Positions 48,193-59,827 of a stretch of 64,000 bases of DNA are shown in pieces. The notes under the pieces were generated by a model that did no database searches, was not told where the DNA came from, and saw only the letters and a list, made by a program, of their open reading frames with translations. Every line of letters begins with the position of its first letter. The first letter of the stretch is position 1. Origin of the DNA: Thermoplasmata archaeon (GTDB lineage: Archaea > Thermoplasmatota > Thermoplasmata > Lutacidiplasmatales > UBA184); contig JAGWLG010000008.1 in NCBI GenBank assembly GCA_028864975.1, positions 55,884 to 119,883 of the forward strand. The letters are read 5' to 3'. The translations under genes and the position numbers were made by a program.

Positions 48193-51100
48193 CAGCCGTC
48201 CCTCCTCGTCACCTTCACGGTGATTTCCACGTCCCACTCCCCCACGACGTCCCACTCGTCGGGCAGCTTCCTGACCTCCGCCCAGTAGGCATCGTCACCC
48301 GCACGGGCAACCTGGTCGGGGAACTTCTCATGGAGCTTGGCCAAGCCCCTCTTCCTCTCAGCCTCTCGTGTGGGAATCGGTGCCCCCGCGGCCCTCTCCA
48401 AGAGACGGATGATGGTGAGACCGTCGATGGTCTTCCGTCCTACCTTGAGGTCGATGCTCTCCGGGTCGTCCTGGCCGTCGCACATGCGCAGCAGCCGGCC
48501 TTCGACACTGTACGTCCTGGTCCTCTTCATCGCGGTCCTCCCCGGACCCGGTCGAAGTCCATCGGGCGCTGCTCCTGCTCGGCGTCGTGCCACTCCCTCG
48601 ACACCGCCAGTGGGTCAAACCCCAGCAGCCTGCATGCTTCCTTGACGGTGCTGAGCGGGTAGTTGTAACCCAGGTGCCGCAGCATGTCCTCCAGGCAGGA
48701 CTTCAGTTCCTCGTTCTCCGCGCGCAGGTCGGCTTCTGGGTGGTGCTGTGTCTCGACCATCAGGATTCCTCCTCTCCGTCGTCGTCCTCGTCATCCTTCC
48801 CGTCGCCGGTCGCCGCCGCCCCGGCCTTGAGCTTCACTCCGCACCGCGGGCACTTCAAGGGCTCGTCCGGACCGACCGTGGTCCACGTCGCCCCGCAGCT
48901 TGCGTTCGTGCACTTCTTCTCATGCCCGCTCCTCTTCGAGATGTAGTTGTTCTGCGCCGCGCGACGCATCGGGAACCAGCGGCACAGTGGGCAGACGACC
49001 GGTCTCACCTGGGGCGGCTGCGCGCAGCTACGGCACGGCGACCAGCGCCGGACCGTGAGAGCATCTTGCCACTCCTTGGGCATGAACTTCCAATCCCCGG
49101 ACGTGTCCGCGTCCGGGTTCGCTGCGGAGGTGGGCGGTACCGTCGGGGTCGAGGGCGCAGTAGTCCGGGCTGAAGACTCCTCTCGGGTCACGAACCGGCT
49201 TCCCCCCGTAGACGATGTCCCAATCCGAGAACCCGTGGGTGGGACAGTAGCTCAAGCGAAGGAAGGGATTGAAGTAGAGGTCGAGCCGGCAGGCCCGGCA
49301 GAGGAAGCGGGGCGGGGCCGGTGGCCACGGTCGCGGCGCGAGCATGGAAGTGGGAGAGGTCGCTCATTCTTACCGTCTCCGTCCGTTCAGAAGTTCACGA
49401 CCCGGCTGAGCTTCTCCATCGCGCGCTCCAGCCGGAGTACCCGGAGTTCGTGGTTCTGAAGGAGCACCCTCAGCGCCTGCGACCCGGCGAGGTAGCGCGC
49501 CAGGCCCCACCACTCCTCCTCTTTCCCCTCGTTGGCCAGGACCTTCCAGAGGACCAGTAGACCACGGAGGTCGGTGAGCTTGCCGAACTTGCAGAGGTAG
49601 TCGTACGTCCGGAACCCGTCTTCCACACGCCAGTCACCGTTAGGGTTGTGGGGGTCGAGGGTGTAGTCCATTGAAGCTGTGCTGCTCGGGGATTCTGTCA
49701 CGAGCAACCGCGGCCAGCCGGTTCCCTCCGCCACGAACTCGTACGTCTTCCCGTCGTCCTCGCACTTGAGGGTCAAGCCCTCCGTCCACTTGGGGTCGGT
49801 CATGGATTCTCCGCGGCCTTCCTAAGAGCCGCCACACCTTCCTTCCGTGAGTGCGCCACCACCCAGAACTCCTCAGTGGGAGTGCCGGGTGGAAGCCCCA
49901 GGGCCTCGATGAGCCTGAGCGTGTAGGCGTGAACCCGTCGCGACACTTCTTCTGACAGGGCCATGCCGATGGCTTCTGACTCGTTGTGGATTTCTGGGTC
50001 CTGTTCCAGCAGGTCCGCGGCGCGGGCGAGGATGGGGTCCGTCACTTGGTCACGCTCCCGTCGCTGTTCATCCACACCGCCCCGAGGTCATGCGGGTTGT
50101 AGCCCGGTGCCGGAAAGTTCCGTTCGATGGTGTGCTCGGAGAGGAAGTCCAATAGTTCGGCGACGAGCCCCGGCCTCCATACGAAGGGACCCCCCGTGGG
50201 CGTCCTGATGTTCGAGACCATCGTTAGCATCCCGTCCTTCCCCACGGTCACGGTGAAGGTGATGATTCCCTCCACGGATGGTGGCTTGTTTGGGTCGAGG
50301 GGCTTCGTTTTCTCGCTCATGCCGGGTCTCCTTTCACCCAGTCGCAGTTCGCGTTCACGCAGCAGATGGCGCCGCTCCGGTGAACGTACGTCCCGCTCCC
50401 GCAGCGCGGACAGGCCTCGCTGACCCGGAGCGCGTCGGGGCAGGCTTCGCTGGCGTGGCGAGGGTCGCCGCAGTGACGACAGCACGCCACTCCCGGCAGC
50501 ATCTGTACTGGTCCCTCGTTCACGACTCAACCTCGATTGGCAGCGGATAGTCCATGCCGCACCCCGGCTCCGTCTCAAGGTCGTCTCCACCGCGACACTC
50601 GGGCTCGATGAGGACCAGGTGGCGGGGCGGTCGCTGGTCAAGCGCCACGAACACGCTGAGCCCCCGATGCTTCGGCCTCTCGCAGTATTCCGGTACGTGC
50701 TCGAACCACCAATCGACTGACGGATGCACCCCGTCCTTGGCCATGTTCTCGGCCTCCACCCACACGTCACCGACACCGCCGCTAGCGGTGGCAGGTACCA
50801 TCTCTCGTCCTGTGACCTGGTCGATGAACTTGGTTGGCTTGGGCATCTTGGACTTCACGTTAGTCGTACCTCCCGGGAATCGTGCCGCGGCCGTCGCAGG
50901 TGGGGCACCGGATGGGCTCCGGGTCCTCGACGACCTGCGCAATCTCGTAGCCTTCCAGGTCATGGGAGCCAATGTCAGGCAGACACTCCTCCAGGACCTC
51001 CTGGGTGCTGAAGTAGGGGCTCAACCAGACGCGGCGCTGCTCGCCGACGAAGAGGAGTTCGTAGTGGGTCCGCAGGGCCGGCCTGCTTGTGTGATGCTGG

Positions 51101-52277
51101 GGTCTCGTCTTGGTCATTTCAGCGCCTCTCTGAACTTGTGAATCCACTCGCCCTCGTCCTTCTCGACGCCCGGTTTCAGCCCGTGCTTCTCAAGGTCTGC
51201 GTCGATGACCAGCAGGACACGGCGCCCCACGTCCATCAGCTTGTTCACCCGGCACTGGGCGAGCAACTGGTGATGCGTCCGACACCACCGCTCGTCGGTT
51301 GCTCTGCGGCCCTCCTGGTTCTGAAGCTCTCGCCACTCGCTGACGCACTCGGGCTCCTTCATCCCACACCCCCGCCCTCATCGACGTAGCCGCCTATTGG
51401 CTCCATCGCGTGTGGGTACAGCGAACACTGCGCTTTTTCCCGGTGGTCGTCTCCCTGGTAGAACTGAACGATGTAGTCCGGGTTGAGAGCCTTGGCGAAC
51501 TCCGCCGCGGCTCTCATGCTCGTGAACTTCTCCGGGCGCAGCCGCACGACGAACGGTGAATCCGGGTATGGCAGCGCGGGCTCCAGGTCCTTCTCCGAAA
51601 TCACGGTCCAGCCTGGAGGGTGAACCTGCGTGATGCGCCAGGTGGCGCCGGTCTCGGGGAGCCCGCTCGGGCGTGCAGTCGCTTGTCTACCTTGCGCTGC
51701 TCCCGTCATCGACGCCGTGGTGTTCTGCTGAGGATGGTCAGAGGTGGACTTCGAGCGGTCCACCTTTCGCGGGGTAGTGGTTGCTCCGTGCGCCTCGGCC
51801 TTTCGCTGGCTCCCAACCTCTCCAGCTACCGGGGTTAGGCGCAAGTCGTCCCCCCCTTGCGCGGGTGAATCGTGCTGCGTCTTGTTCTTCTCCATCCCCT
51901 CACCTCTCCTTCCTTGGACCGGGAGCGACCGGTAGCGGCACCGGCACCGTCGTGAGCATCTCCTTCGGCTCGAACGACGTCTGCTGCGGGATTCGTCCGC
52001 AACGTGCCGGCAACTGCTCCTCCTCCACCATGATTTCGCACAGGATGTCCTGGTCCACGACGTGTTTTGTCCCCGGCGCCGAGGTGTCCTGCCACGTCGC
52101 CCAAGGCGCGAGGAACGGGCTCCCGCATCCTCCCTTCACCCGGTCCAGGCACATCACCTCGTTCGTGCACTCCCACTCGAAGACCGGGTAGCCGCGGGCG
52201 TTGTAGAGTTGTAGCCCCTCGGAAACCGGGACCGGATTCCTCTCACGAGGAGCGGAGGATGCGCTGGTCCTTGTCAT

Positions 52278-52739
52278 CCCCTCACCTCTTCCGTCGTCCA
52301 TGTCCGAACCACTCCTCCTGCTACCCGGCTCCTGGGATGGCGTCCGCGCTCCAGCGACAATGCGAGCAGTGGAACCTGCCGTCCTTTCCCTTGAAGACCA
52401 TCTTGAGGTCGTTGAGGAACTCGCTGCCCCAGCATCTCCTCGGGCAGGTCGCCAGCGCATCCTCCTCGACCAGTACGCCCGGCCGGAAGAACGAAAAGAA
52501 CCACCAGCGCCCTTCCACAAAGACCCAGTTGCCGTGACGACCGCAATAGAAGTACGGTACGAACCCGAAGGGCCTGAGCATGAGACGCCTTTCGACAACT
52601 CCTGTCCCCCCGCACGGGAACCGTTTCGCCGGGCAGTTCACGACCTCGCCGTAGCGAGGGCGCGGGGAAGTCCCCTGCTCCTCCACATCCACCACCACCC
52701 CCTCACCTCTTCCGTCGTCCATGTCCGAACCACTCCTCC
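52278..52739. repeat. 41-bp exact direct repeat (52278-52318 and 52699-52739)
   Basis: CCCCTCACCTCTTCCGTCGTCCATGTCCGAACCACTCCTCC; on minus strand carries RBS, ATG and MDDGRGEG. Confidence 0.9.
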
Positions 52740-52890
52740 CTCTCGAAACACCCCGAGCAGAAGAACAGCGTCACCAGGGTACCGTCCGGTTGCTTGTCCT
52801 GGCGGATGAAGCTGAACGCTTCCGGCGGGATGGCCTTGCCACAGCCCTTGGCGCTGCACGTCGCCGGTTCGCCGCGGTGATGCGACGGCG

Positions 52891-53325
52891 TCACGACCCC
52901 TCCTTCCCTGCGGGGGGCTCGGGCAATCCGAGCACCTGCCGCCTCTTCTCGACCCACGACACCGTAGGGTGTCCCTCCGAATCGAGGAAGAACGAGGGGT
53001 ACTCGGGTCGCCATCCTGCAAGAACCTCTCTCAGCCGCTCCACCTCGGCCCTCGCCGCGTCGCGCTCTGCTTCAGCGTTTCGCCTTTCGAGGATGTACTG
53101 GTCACGTTCGTCAAGGGCCTTGTCCAGGTACTCGGTCCGCTTCGCCAACTCCGAGGTCAGCCGAGCGACCTCGACTTCGAGTTCATTCGTCAGAGGCAGG
53201 TCTCTGGCGAGACGGTCTTTCACTTCCCGGACCTTTGGGGTCAACAAGTAGTACTTTGCCGCTCGCGCTTTGGGCGAACGCTTCGCAGGAGCGGGGATTT
53301 GGTCTTCGGAGGTGGGGTCGCTCAT
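52891..53325 (-). CDS. Coiled-coil cassette protein (paralog 2)
   Basis: EVARLTSELAK...ERDAARAEVERL...PEPPAGKE. Confidence 0.65.
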   Translation of the reverse strand: MSDPTSEDQIPAPAKRSPKARAAKYYLLTPKVREVKDRLARDLPLTNELEVEVARLTSELAKRTEYLDKALDERDQYILERRNAEAERDAARAEVERLREVLAGWRPEYPSFFLDSEGHPTVSWVEKRRQVLGLPEPPAGKEGS

Positions 53326-53474
53326 GGCGTCTCCTTCCCGGCGGCGGGCTCTGGCTTCTCCAGACCGAGCGCTATCCGGGCGACCTTCTTGGCCTGCGGT
53401 TCTTCTGCCCAACCCGCTATCCGGCCCAGCGCTTCACGAAGCCGCTCCACCTCGGCCCTCGCCGCGTCGCGCTC
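53033..53474. repeat. 35-bp exact repeat (53033-53067, 53440-53474); third copy with 1 mismatch at 44571-44606
   Basis: AGCCGCTCCACCTCGGCCCTCGCCGCGTCGCGCTC, encodes RDAARAEVERL. Confidence 0.85.
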
Positions 53475-53978
53475 ATCTTGGATGCGCTTGCCGCCGTCAA
53501 GAGCATCCGCGAGCATCTGTTCGACGGCCTTGACCTTGCGCTCCTTGAGGGTAAGTTCCACGCTCAGCCGGGCGACCTCGCAGTCCGGGTCGGCGCACGT
53601 CCCCCCCTGAACGCCAGGCCTCTCCTGACCCGAGCAGAAGTGCACAATCCGGTGCGTGTGTTCCTTCGGAGTGGCGGAGATTCGGTCTTCAGAGATAGGG
53701 TCGCTCACCGGTAACTCCTTCGTCGCATCGCCTTTCCTCAGCCTCGTCCGGTAGTGCTCCTCGCACACGGCCATGATGGATGGCACCCCGAAACCGATGG
53801 CGTTGAGGACGTCCACACCCCAGACGATGACGTAGAGGGGACCGTCCTTCCAGGTCTTGTTGCAGTCGTCGAAGAGGCAGCGCGCACACGAGGTCTGGTC
53901 CGGGTCGAGAGGTACCCCCGGCCGGACGCTGACCCACTCACCGTTCAGGAAGATGCTCATGGGGGCTCCTTCGCTCAT
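53322..53978 (-). CDS. Cys-rich domain plus coiled-coil cassette (paralog 3)
   Basis: CARC...C.EH; EVARLSVEL...ERDAARAEVERL...PEPAAGKE. Confidence 0.65.
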   Translation of the reverse strand: MSEGAPMSIFLNGEWVSVRPGVPLDPDQTSCARCLFDDCNKTWKDGPLYVIVWGVDVLNAIGFGVPSIMAVCEEHYRTRLRKGDATKELPVSDPISEDRISATPKEHTHRIVHFCSGQERPGVQGGTCADPDCEVARLSVELTLKERKVKAVEQMLADALDGGKRIQDERDAARAEVERLREALGRIAGWAEEPQAKKVARIALGLEKPEPAAGKETP

Positions 53979-54955
53979 GGGCTCAACCCCGATTCTGGTG
54001 TCTCGTACTGCACCAGGTCTCCACCGCGCTTCATCGCGTGTCGCAGGCTCTGGAGGTACCACGGCGTCGGCGTCTCGTTCTCAAGCTCCGGTCGAATCAG
54101 CGGCCGGTGCGCCAAGAGGTCCACCAAGTCCCAGACGACGGACTTCAACTCGTCACCCCGGTTCAACTCGTCGGCCAGGTCCTGGATTCGCTCCGGGTCT
54201 TCTGTCTCCTCGACCGACCGAGCCATCACCCTCCCCTCCGGGTCACGGAGGTACCAGATGCGCGTGGGTTCCTCCGCTCCTTGCTCGTAGTTCCCTGAGC
54301 CCGGGCTCGCCATCCACCGTGCCGTCGGTGGTTCGGCCGGCCACGGCTCGTGGCAGAAGGGGCACTCGGCCGGGCTCGCTGCCACCTTCGCCCGCACCTC
54401 TCCCATCTTGAGGTCGTCGAACTTGCCGTCCCAGAGGTGACCGGAGAGATGCCAGTCCTTCGCGGTTGCGTCACCGGGCTTCACGGGTTCACCTCGTACT
54501 CGTCCCCGTCGTCCGTCGCGTTGTATCCCCTCAACCCCTCGCGGACGTGCATCAGCGTGCTCATCAGTTCCTCCACCTGCCACGGCGATAGCGCAGTGTA
54601 GGAGTCGCCTATGTTCAACTGGACCCCGCTGCCCGTTCCGGCGGCGAAGACGGTGAGGGTCATCGGCTCGGCTCCCTTGCCTAGGTCGAGACTGTTGTAT
54701 CTGCGAATGTTGTTGCTCACGGGCTTACCTCCACCCGCTTCCGGTCGATGCCGAACTTCTCGGCCCAACTCAACCCGCCCCCGCCGTGCTCAGCTTCCCA
54801 CTTCCGGCGCTTCAGCTTCTCCTCCATCGGCGCGTCGCTCACCGGGCACGGCGGTCCACCGATGACCCCCATCGGGAAGATGTAGTGGTGGGTCTTGCAC
54901 TGGTACGGGAAGTAGCCGTAGTCCGGGTCGTGACTGCTCTGAACGTCACACTCGC

Positions 54956-55798
54956 TCATCTCTGCCTCTCCGACTCTTCCATCTCCCTCATCCGGCGCTG
55001 GGCTTCCTCTTGCGCGGTCGGCTCCGGGCCATCGTACTCGTCAGCTAGGGTCAGCGTTGCGCTGCCACCGGTCTGCCCCGACATCGTCGTGTTCTCGACC
55101 GACCCCTCGGCCTTCACCCATCCCGGCTTCCGCGGCACCGGCGGCGTCCACGTCCCGGTCTTCATCGCGGCGTACTTCTGCTCAAGCTCCGCGACCGCGG
55201 CCTTGAACTTGGCGCGTTTGTGCCCTCCCCCCGGCATCAGCTTGTGCATCCACTCGTGCGCCATCAGCCAGACCGGGTCCGTCGTGTAACCCGAGTACTT
55301 CCAACGCTCGGCCCTCAGCCGCCTCGACTCGTCGGTGTCGATGGTCGCCAACACCTCCTTGGGCGAGATGCAGATGAGGCTCTTCCTCACGACACGCTTG
55401 CGCTGCGGCGGGTACTGTCCCGGGTTCAATCGGACCCAGACGTTGTCGAGGTGACTGTGAGCCCCTGACGGTGCACGGTCCCCATACTCCGGCTTGCACC
55501 AGCGGTTCGGCCAGAGTTCGAGCCGAGCCTGCCTCCCTCCCGGGCGGATGCGTCGGAGGTCCGCGAGAATCTCCCGGAGCACCCCCAGTTGCTTCTCGAT
55601 GAGCACGTCGCCCTCCCACACCGGCTTCGGCTTCTCCGTCCGCTCCGGCTTCGCTACCGACCGGCTCGACACCCCCGCGAGCTTCCACGGCTCCGGGAGC
55701 TTCAGCCGCGCCGCCAGTTCCTTCTGGATGGTCCTGATGCGGACCTTCCTCTCGAAGGTCGCTGTGACCTCGATGCTGACCTTGTAGACACGCTTCAT
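54956..55798 (-). CDS. SprT/WLM-like HExxH metalloprotease
   Basis: LMAHEWMH..MPGGGH...FK. Confidence 0.65.
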   Translation of the reverse strand: MKRVYKVSIEVTATFERKVRIRTIQKELAARLKLPEPWKLAGVSSRSVAKPERTEKPKPVWEGDVLIEKQLGVLREILADLRRIRPGGRQARLELWPNRWCKPEYGDRAPSGAHSHLDNVWVRLNPGQYPPQRKRVVRKSLICISPKEVLATIDTDESRRLRAERWKYSGYTTDPVWLMAHEWMHKLMPGGGHKRAKFKAAVAELEQKYAAMKTGTWTPPVPRKPGWVKAEGSVENTTMSGQTGGSATLTLADEYDGPEPTAQEEAQRRMREMEESERQR

Positions 55799-56603
55799 TC
55801 CCTTCTTCCCTCCTTCCTGTCTCGACACTCGCCGCAGAGGTGCACGGGTTCTTGCATCATGTGTCCCAGCCAGAAGGAGCACTTCCTGGCCGGGTGATTC
55901 TCACACGGTCTCTTGCACTGCTTGACAATGGTCATCGTCCCGTCACTCCGACCACGACGCCCACTTCCCGCAGAGCGGACAGTTGTACTCCTTGTCCACG
56001 ACCTTCTCCTTTCCCCGGGTGATGACCTCCGTCCGGATGCTCACCCGCTGCTGGCAGTCGGAGCAGTGGACCCCGTCCTCGTTCGGTGGGCGTGGCACTT
56101 GAACTCCCCTCGCTAGAGCTTCGCCCCGGCCGGCGGTGTCGCGGGAGCCGCGGGCTGCGGTTCCGGTGTGGACGGTGCCGGTGCCTCGGGCTTCTTCAAC
56201 CACGGGTGCGGCTCGCCGGTCGGCGGGATGCAAACGTGCTCCTCCATCCGGACCATCACCTGGGGATGCCGGCTCCAGCCGCGAAGCTCCACCTGCACCA
56301 GCGCCTCATGCCTCGACCGGCACGGAAGGCTGTGCGTCGCACAGACCTCCTTGCAGGTCCACGGGTCCTCGATTTTGATGGGCTCGGCGTTCTTGTACTC
56401 CTCTGCGTTCTTGTCGAACCTCTCACGCAGTTGCTTCACCTGCCGCGTCAGCCCATCCATCGCACTCGTCAGGTCCCAGATGTCCTGGGAGGACGGCGGC
56501 CCCTGGCGCGTCGGCGCCGACGGCGACGGTGCCGGTGAGGCGGTCGGTGGTGCTGTCGTCGCTGGAGGCGCTGGCGGCGTTGCTGGCGGCTGCTTCTTCG
56601 CGG

Positions 56604-58478
56604 TCATCGCTTCTTCTTCTCCTTCCCGCGCGTCTTGAGGACCTTCCTGATGCGCTCCTGCTCCTGCGCTTCCTGCTTCTTGCCCTCGCCACCAATCTCG
56701 GTGACGTGGGCCGTGTCGCCGCGGACGTCCGCGCTGAACGCCTGGTAGGCGCTCTTGGGAAGCGGCTTCGCCTGCGGGTTCACGTCGGCCGCGGTCAAAG
56801 AGCCCAGCGTGGGCTCCTCCACCTTCACCTCGGGTTCAGGCTCGGGCTCCGGCTCCGGTTCCCCGGCGCGCTTCTCCTCGACCATTTGGACCTCCTGCTC
56901 CTTCACCCAGGTCGAATCGTACTCCGGTTCCCCGATAGCCCCTGCCTCCGGCTCGTCGGCGCCGTGCTCCTCGTCCCAGTTTTCCGGGGGCGAGGGCGCA
57001 ACTCCTTCCGCGGCCACGGACGTCGCCGCGGTAGCTTGCGTCGGTCTCCGCGGTACCCTCCTTCGCCTCACGTACCACATCCCGATTACCCATGCGCCTA
57101 CGACCGTGATGAGCGGCAAGAGCACGATGGGGCTCGTCAGCGTGGAGACCAGGCTCGGCGGCTGCGTCTTCGGCGGCGGTGGCGGTGGCTGGCAATTCGT
57201 GGTACACGGCGGCGGGCTCGTACCTCCCGTCCAGAGCGGCAGCACTTCGACCGTCACCCGGTTCGAGACCGCGACCACTCCCGCTGAGTCCGTGACCCAC
57301 ACTCTGTACGTGTAGTTCCCGGCGTGCGGCAGCGTCGCCGCGAGCGTCGCCCCGGTGCTCGACGTGTTCGTCCCGTTCTCGCTCCAGAGATAGCTGAAGC
57401 CCGGAGTACCACCCGTAGCGCCCGCGGTCAACGTCACGCTCCCTCCCGCGTGGAAGACGGTCGCGTTCGCAACCAGCGTCGCCGTGATGGCGGGAGGTGG
57501 AGGTGGGGGCGGCGGCGTCGTGTAGTTCGACCAGACCTTCAGCGGTGCCTGCGACCAGGCGACCCGGCTCCCGTCGGTAACGGTCAGGTTCACTTGGTAC
57601 GTCCCGCCGTGCCGCTCGCTCAGGGAGCACGTCGCGCCGCTGCACCCGAGCGCCGTCGAACCGTTCGTCGTCCAGAGGTAGCTCGGGGTCGTCGCGTTCT
57701 TCAGCGTGGCCGTCGCCGTCACCGTGGTCCCGTTCTGCACCCGGTAGTTGGACAAGGTCACGTTGGCGGAGAGCGCCTTCGGGGGCGGCGGCAGCGGAGG
57801 AAGAACCTCCAGCACCGTCTTGTTCCACACTCCCTGACCCCAAGCATCCACATCGCTCACCAGGAACGAGTAGTTCCCCGCTCCGGCCGGGGTGTAGGTG
57901 AACGAGGTCACGTTGCCCGCTGGGTGGCTCGTCCTGTTCAGGTCCCAGATGTAGGCGTCGGTGCTCGGGCTCACTCCGCCGTTCTCGACCGCGGTAACGG
58001 TGACCGGTGTCCCGGGCCTCGTCCCGTTCGCCGAGAGCGTCACGTTCACCCACATCCGGGTGTCCACCCGGACCGGAGCGAAGGCCTTGCACACGCCCGG
58101 GCAAGCCGAGTCCTGGACTTCCGCGGTGAAGATGGCCGGCGACGATGTCCAGTACGTGTAGGGCTTGAGGTAGCTCTCGTTCCCGCCGGTGCACCACTGG
58201 ATGGTCGGAGTTCCGCCCGGCGCCTGCGGGTAGTACGTCCAGTTGTACTCGGTGCTCGGACAGTTCGGTACTCCGGTCTCTGTCCCGTTCGTCTCGACCG
58301 TCGCGTTCAGGGTGTACGGGCTCACCCCCGTGAAGGAGGTCGCCCCCACGAACCAGATGTCGTACGGGTTCGGCGCAGAGGGCACGGTCCGGCCCGCCGA
58401 CGCCAGGGGCACCCACGCCCCCAGCGCCAGCAGGACCAGCACGAACCCGGCAGTTAGCCATCTCGTCTTCTCTTTCAT
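56604..58478 (-). CDS. Membrane-anchored PKD/Ig-repeat surface glycoprotein
   Basis: Signal peptide, repeats with YxW and YxVxxxVTD, many NxS/T sequons, Pro linkers, C-terminal TM followed by RRRR and acidic tail. Confidence 0.8.
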   Translation of the reverse strand: MKEKTRWLTAGFVLVLLALGAWVPLASAGRTVPSAPNPYDIWFVGATSFTGVSPYTLNATVETNGTETGVPNCPSTEYNWTYYPQAPGGTPTIQWCTGGNESYLKPYTYWTSSPAIFTAEVQDSACPGVCKAFAPVRVDTRMWVNVTLSANGTRPGTPVTVTAVENGGVSPSTDAYIWDLNRTSHPAGNVTSFTYTPAGAGNYSFLVSDVDAWGQGVWNKTVLEVLPPLPPPPKALSANVTLSNYRVQNGTTVTATATLKNATTPSYLWTTNGSTALGCSGATCSLSERHGGTYQVNLTVTDGSRVAWSQAPLKVWSNYTTPPPPPPPPAITATLVANATVFHAGGSVTLTAGATGGTPGFSYLWSENGTNTSSTGATLAATLPHAGNYTYRVWVTDSAGVVAVSNRVTVEVLPLWTGGTSPPPCTTNCQPPPPPPKTQPPSLVSTLTSPIVLLPLITVVGAWVIGMWYVRRRRVPRRPTQATAATSVAAEGVAPSPPENWDEEHGADEPEAGAIGEPEYDSTWVKEQEVQMVEEKRAGEPEPEPEPEPEVKVEEPTLGSLTAADVNPQAKPLPKSAYQAFSADVRGDTAHVTEIGGEGKKQEAQEQERIRKVLKTRGKEKKKR

Positions 58479-58733
58479 AGATTCTCCGACGACCAGCGCC
58501 CCTTCGTGTCGGCGACGTTCCGTTTGTCCTCGTCGTCGTCCTGTTGCCTCAGTTCCCCGGGTTCCAGGATTCGCGTGACCCATCCGGAGCGCTGCTCGTC
58601 CTTCGTCCCCAGGAACCAGGCCACCCGACACTCCTTGCAGACGATGGTGACCTCTCCCCACTCGGATACGCTCAGCCTCAGCGTGAACTTCTCGAAGAGC
58701 GCCGCCAGGTGGGGACAGGTCTCGGGCACCGGT

Positions 58734-59813
58734 TCACTCCTCGACGTGCTTGGAGAGTTCCGCGACGACCTGGGACAAGAGGTCCCACGCCGCGGCCCCC
58801 GTCGCCACCTTGAAGGAGAGCACATTCTCGTACTCCCCCTTCAAGCTGGCAAGCTCCTGCAACTCGTCGATGAACCCCTGGAACTCGCTCGGGCGAATCT
58901 TCCGGTCCTTCTCGCCCAGCAACTCCTGGGCCTTCCCGATGGTCTCCGCGACCTTCCCGCCCACGATGCGCTCGAACTGCTTGATGACCAGGTCTCTTGA
59001 GTCCTGCTGCACCGGCATCCCGGCCAACTCCGAACCCACGGAGTGCTCCGAGCAGTACGGGGACAGCAATCCCAGCAGCTTCGCCACCCGGTCCAGGCAC
59101 GGGACCGCCGCTTCCGGAGAGAAGTAGAGCGCGCCGTTCGGTCTCATGTCGAAGCGCTTCCCGCTCGTCCGGAGGTAGGTCGTGACGGACCGGCGCACGT
59201 CGTCGTCCGTGGCGTGCGACGAGAACCGCTCGAAGAGTTGCCGCGCCCGGACGAGGAACGACGAGAGCATCTTCTTCGCCTCGTCGTCCGTGTTCTGGAG
59301 GTCCATCGTGCCGGTCACGTCCGCCGACTGCACCGCGTTCGCCAGGCGGAACTCCACCCGCCCGATGACCGGGAAGGCGTGGTTCTTCTCCGTCCCCCAG
59401 GCCAAAGTTCTGGCCCACGGCTTCGCCTGCTTCCCCACCATCATCGCGGCCGGGCGGATGACCAGCGTGTTGAACGGGCTCTCCTTTCCCGTGAGGTCCA
59501 CGGCCATGCGGAAGGCGTCTACCGGCGACCTCGCCCCGGGGCACAACTCCTCCGGCAACCCGGCCGCGGTCCAAAGCTCCTTGAGCTTCTCGACCGGCAC
59601 CGCCATGTCGCCGATACTCACCCAGTACACCCGGCCGATGGTCTCCGTCTTCCCCTGGAGACCGGTCACCAGGCCCACCGCCTCGCCCTTGTCCTGACCC
59701 GGGATGCTCACCTCGCGCATCAGACCGGGGGTTGGCGTCGTCGTCGTTCCGGGGGTCGCCTGCGCCCCCTCCTCTGTCGTCGTCGTTGTCGTCTCCTTCA
59801 CGTCTGCCATCAT
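58734..59813 (-). CDS. DUF6744-like protein
   Basis: G.VYWVS.....VP...L..LW..AGLP...PG..SPVDAFR; DDVRR....L.....MRPNGALYF.P. Confidence 0.6.
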   Translation of the reverse strand: MMADVKETTTTTTEEGAQATPGTTTTPTPGLMREVSIPGQDKGEAVGLVTGLQGKTETIGRVYWVSIGDMAVPVEKLKELWTAAGLPEELCPGARSPVDAFRMAVDLTGKESPFNTLVIRPAAMMVGKQAKPWARTLAWGTEKNHAFPVIGRVEFRLANAVQSADVTGTMDLQNTDDEAKKMLSSFLVRARQLFERFSSHATDDDVRRSVTTYLRTSGKRFDMRPNGALYFSPEAAVPCLDRVAKLLGLLSPYCSEHSVGSELAGMPVQQDSRDLVIKQFERIVGGKVAETIGKAQELLGEKDRKIRPSEFQGFIDELQELASLKGEYENVLSFKVATGAAAWDLLSQVVAELSKHVEE

Positions 59814-59827
59814 CCTGCTCTTCACTC

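Larger units (their letters stand above)
42208..56607 (-). other. Long minus-strand array of about 40 small coupled accessory ORFs
   Basis: Continuous stop/start overlaps, frequent MSE/MSD N-termini, many Cys-rich ORFs. Confidence 0.75.
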
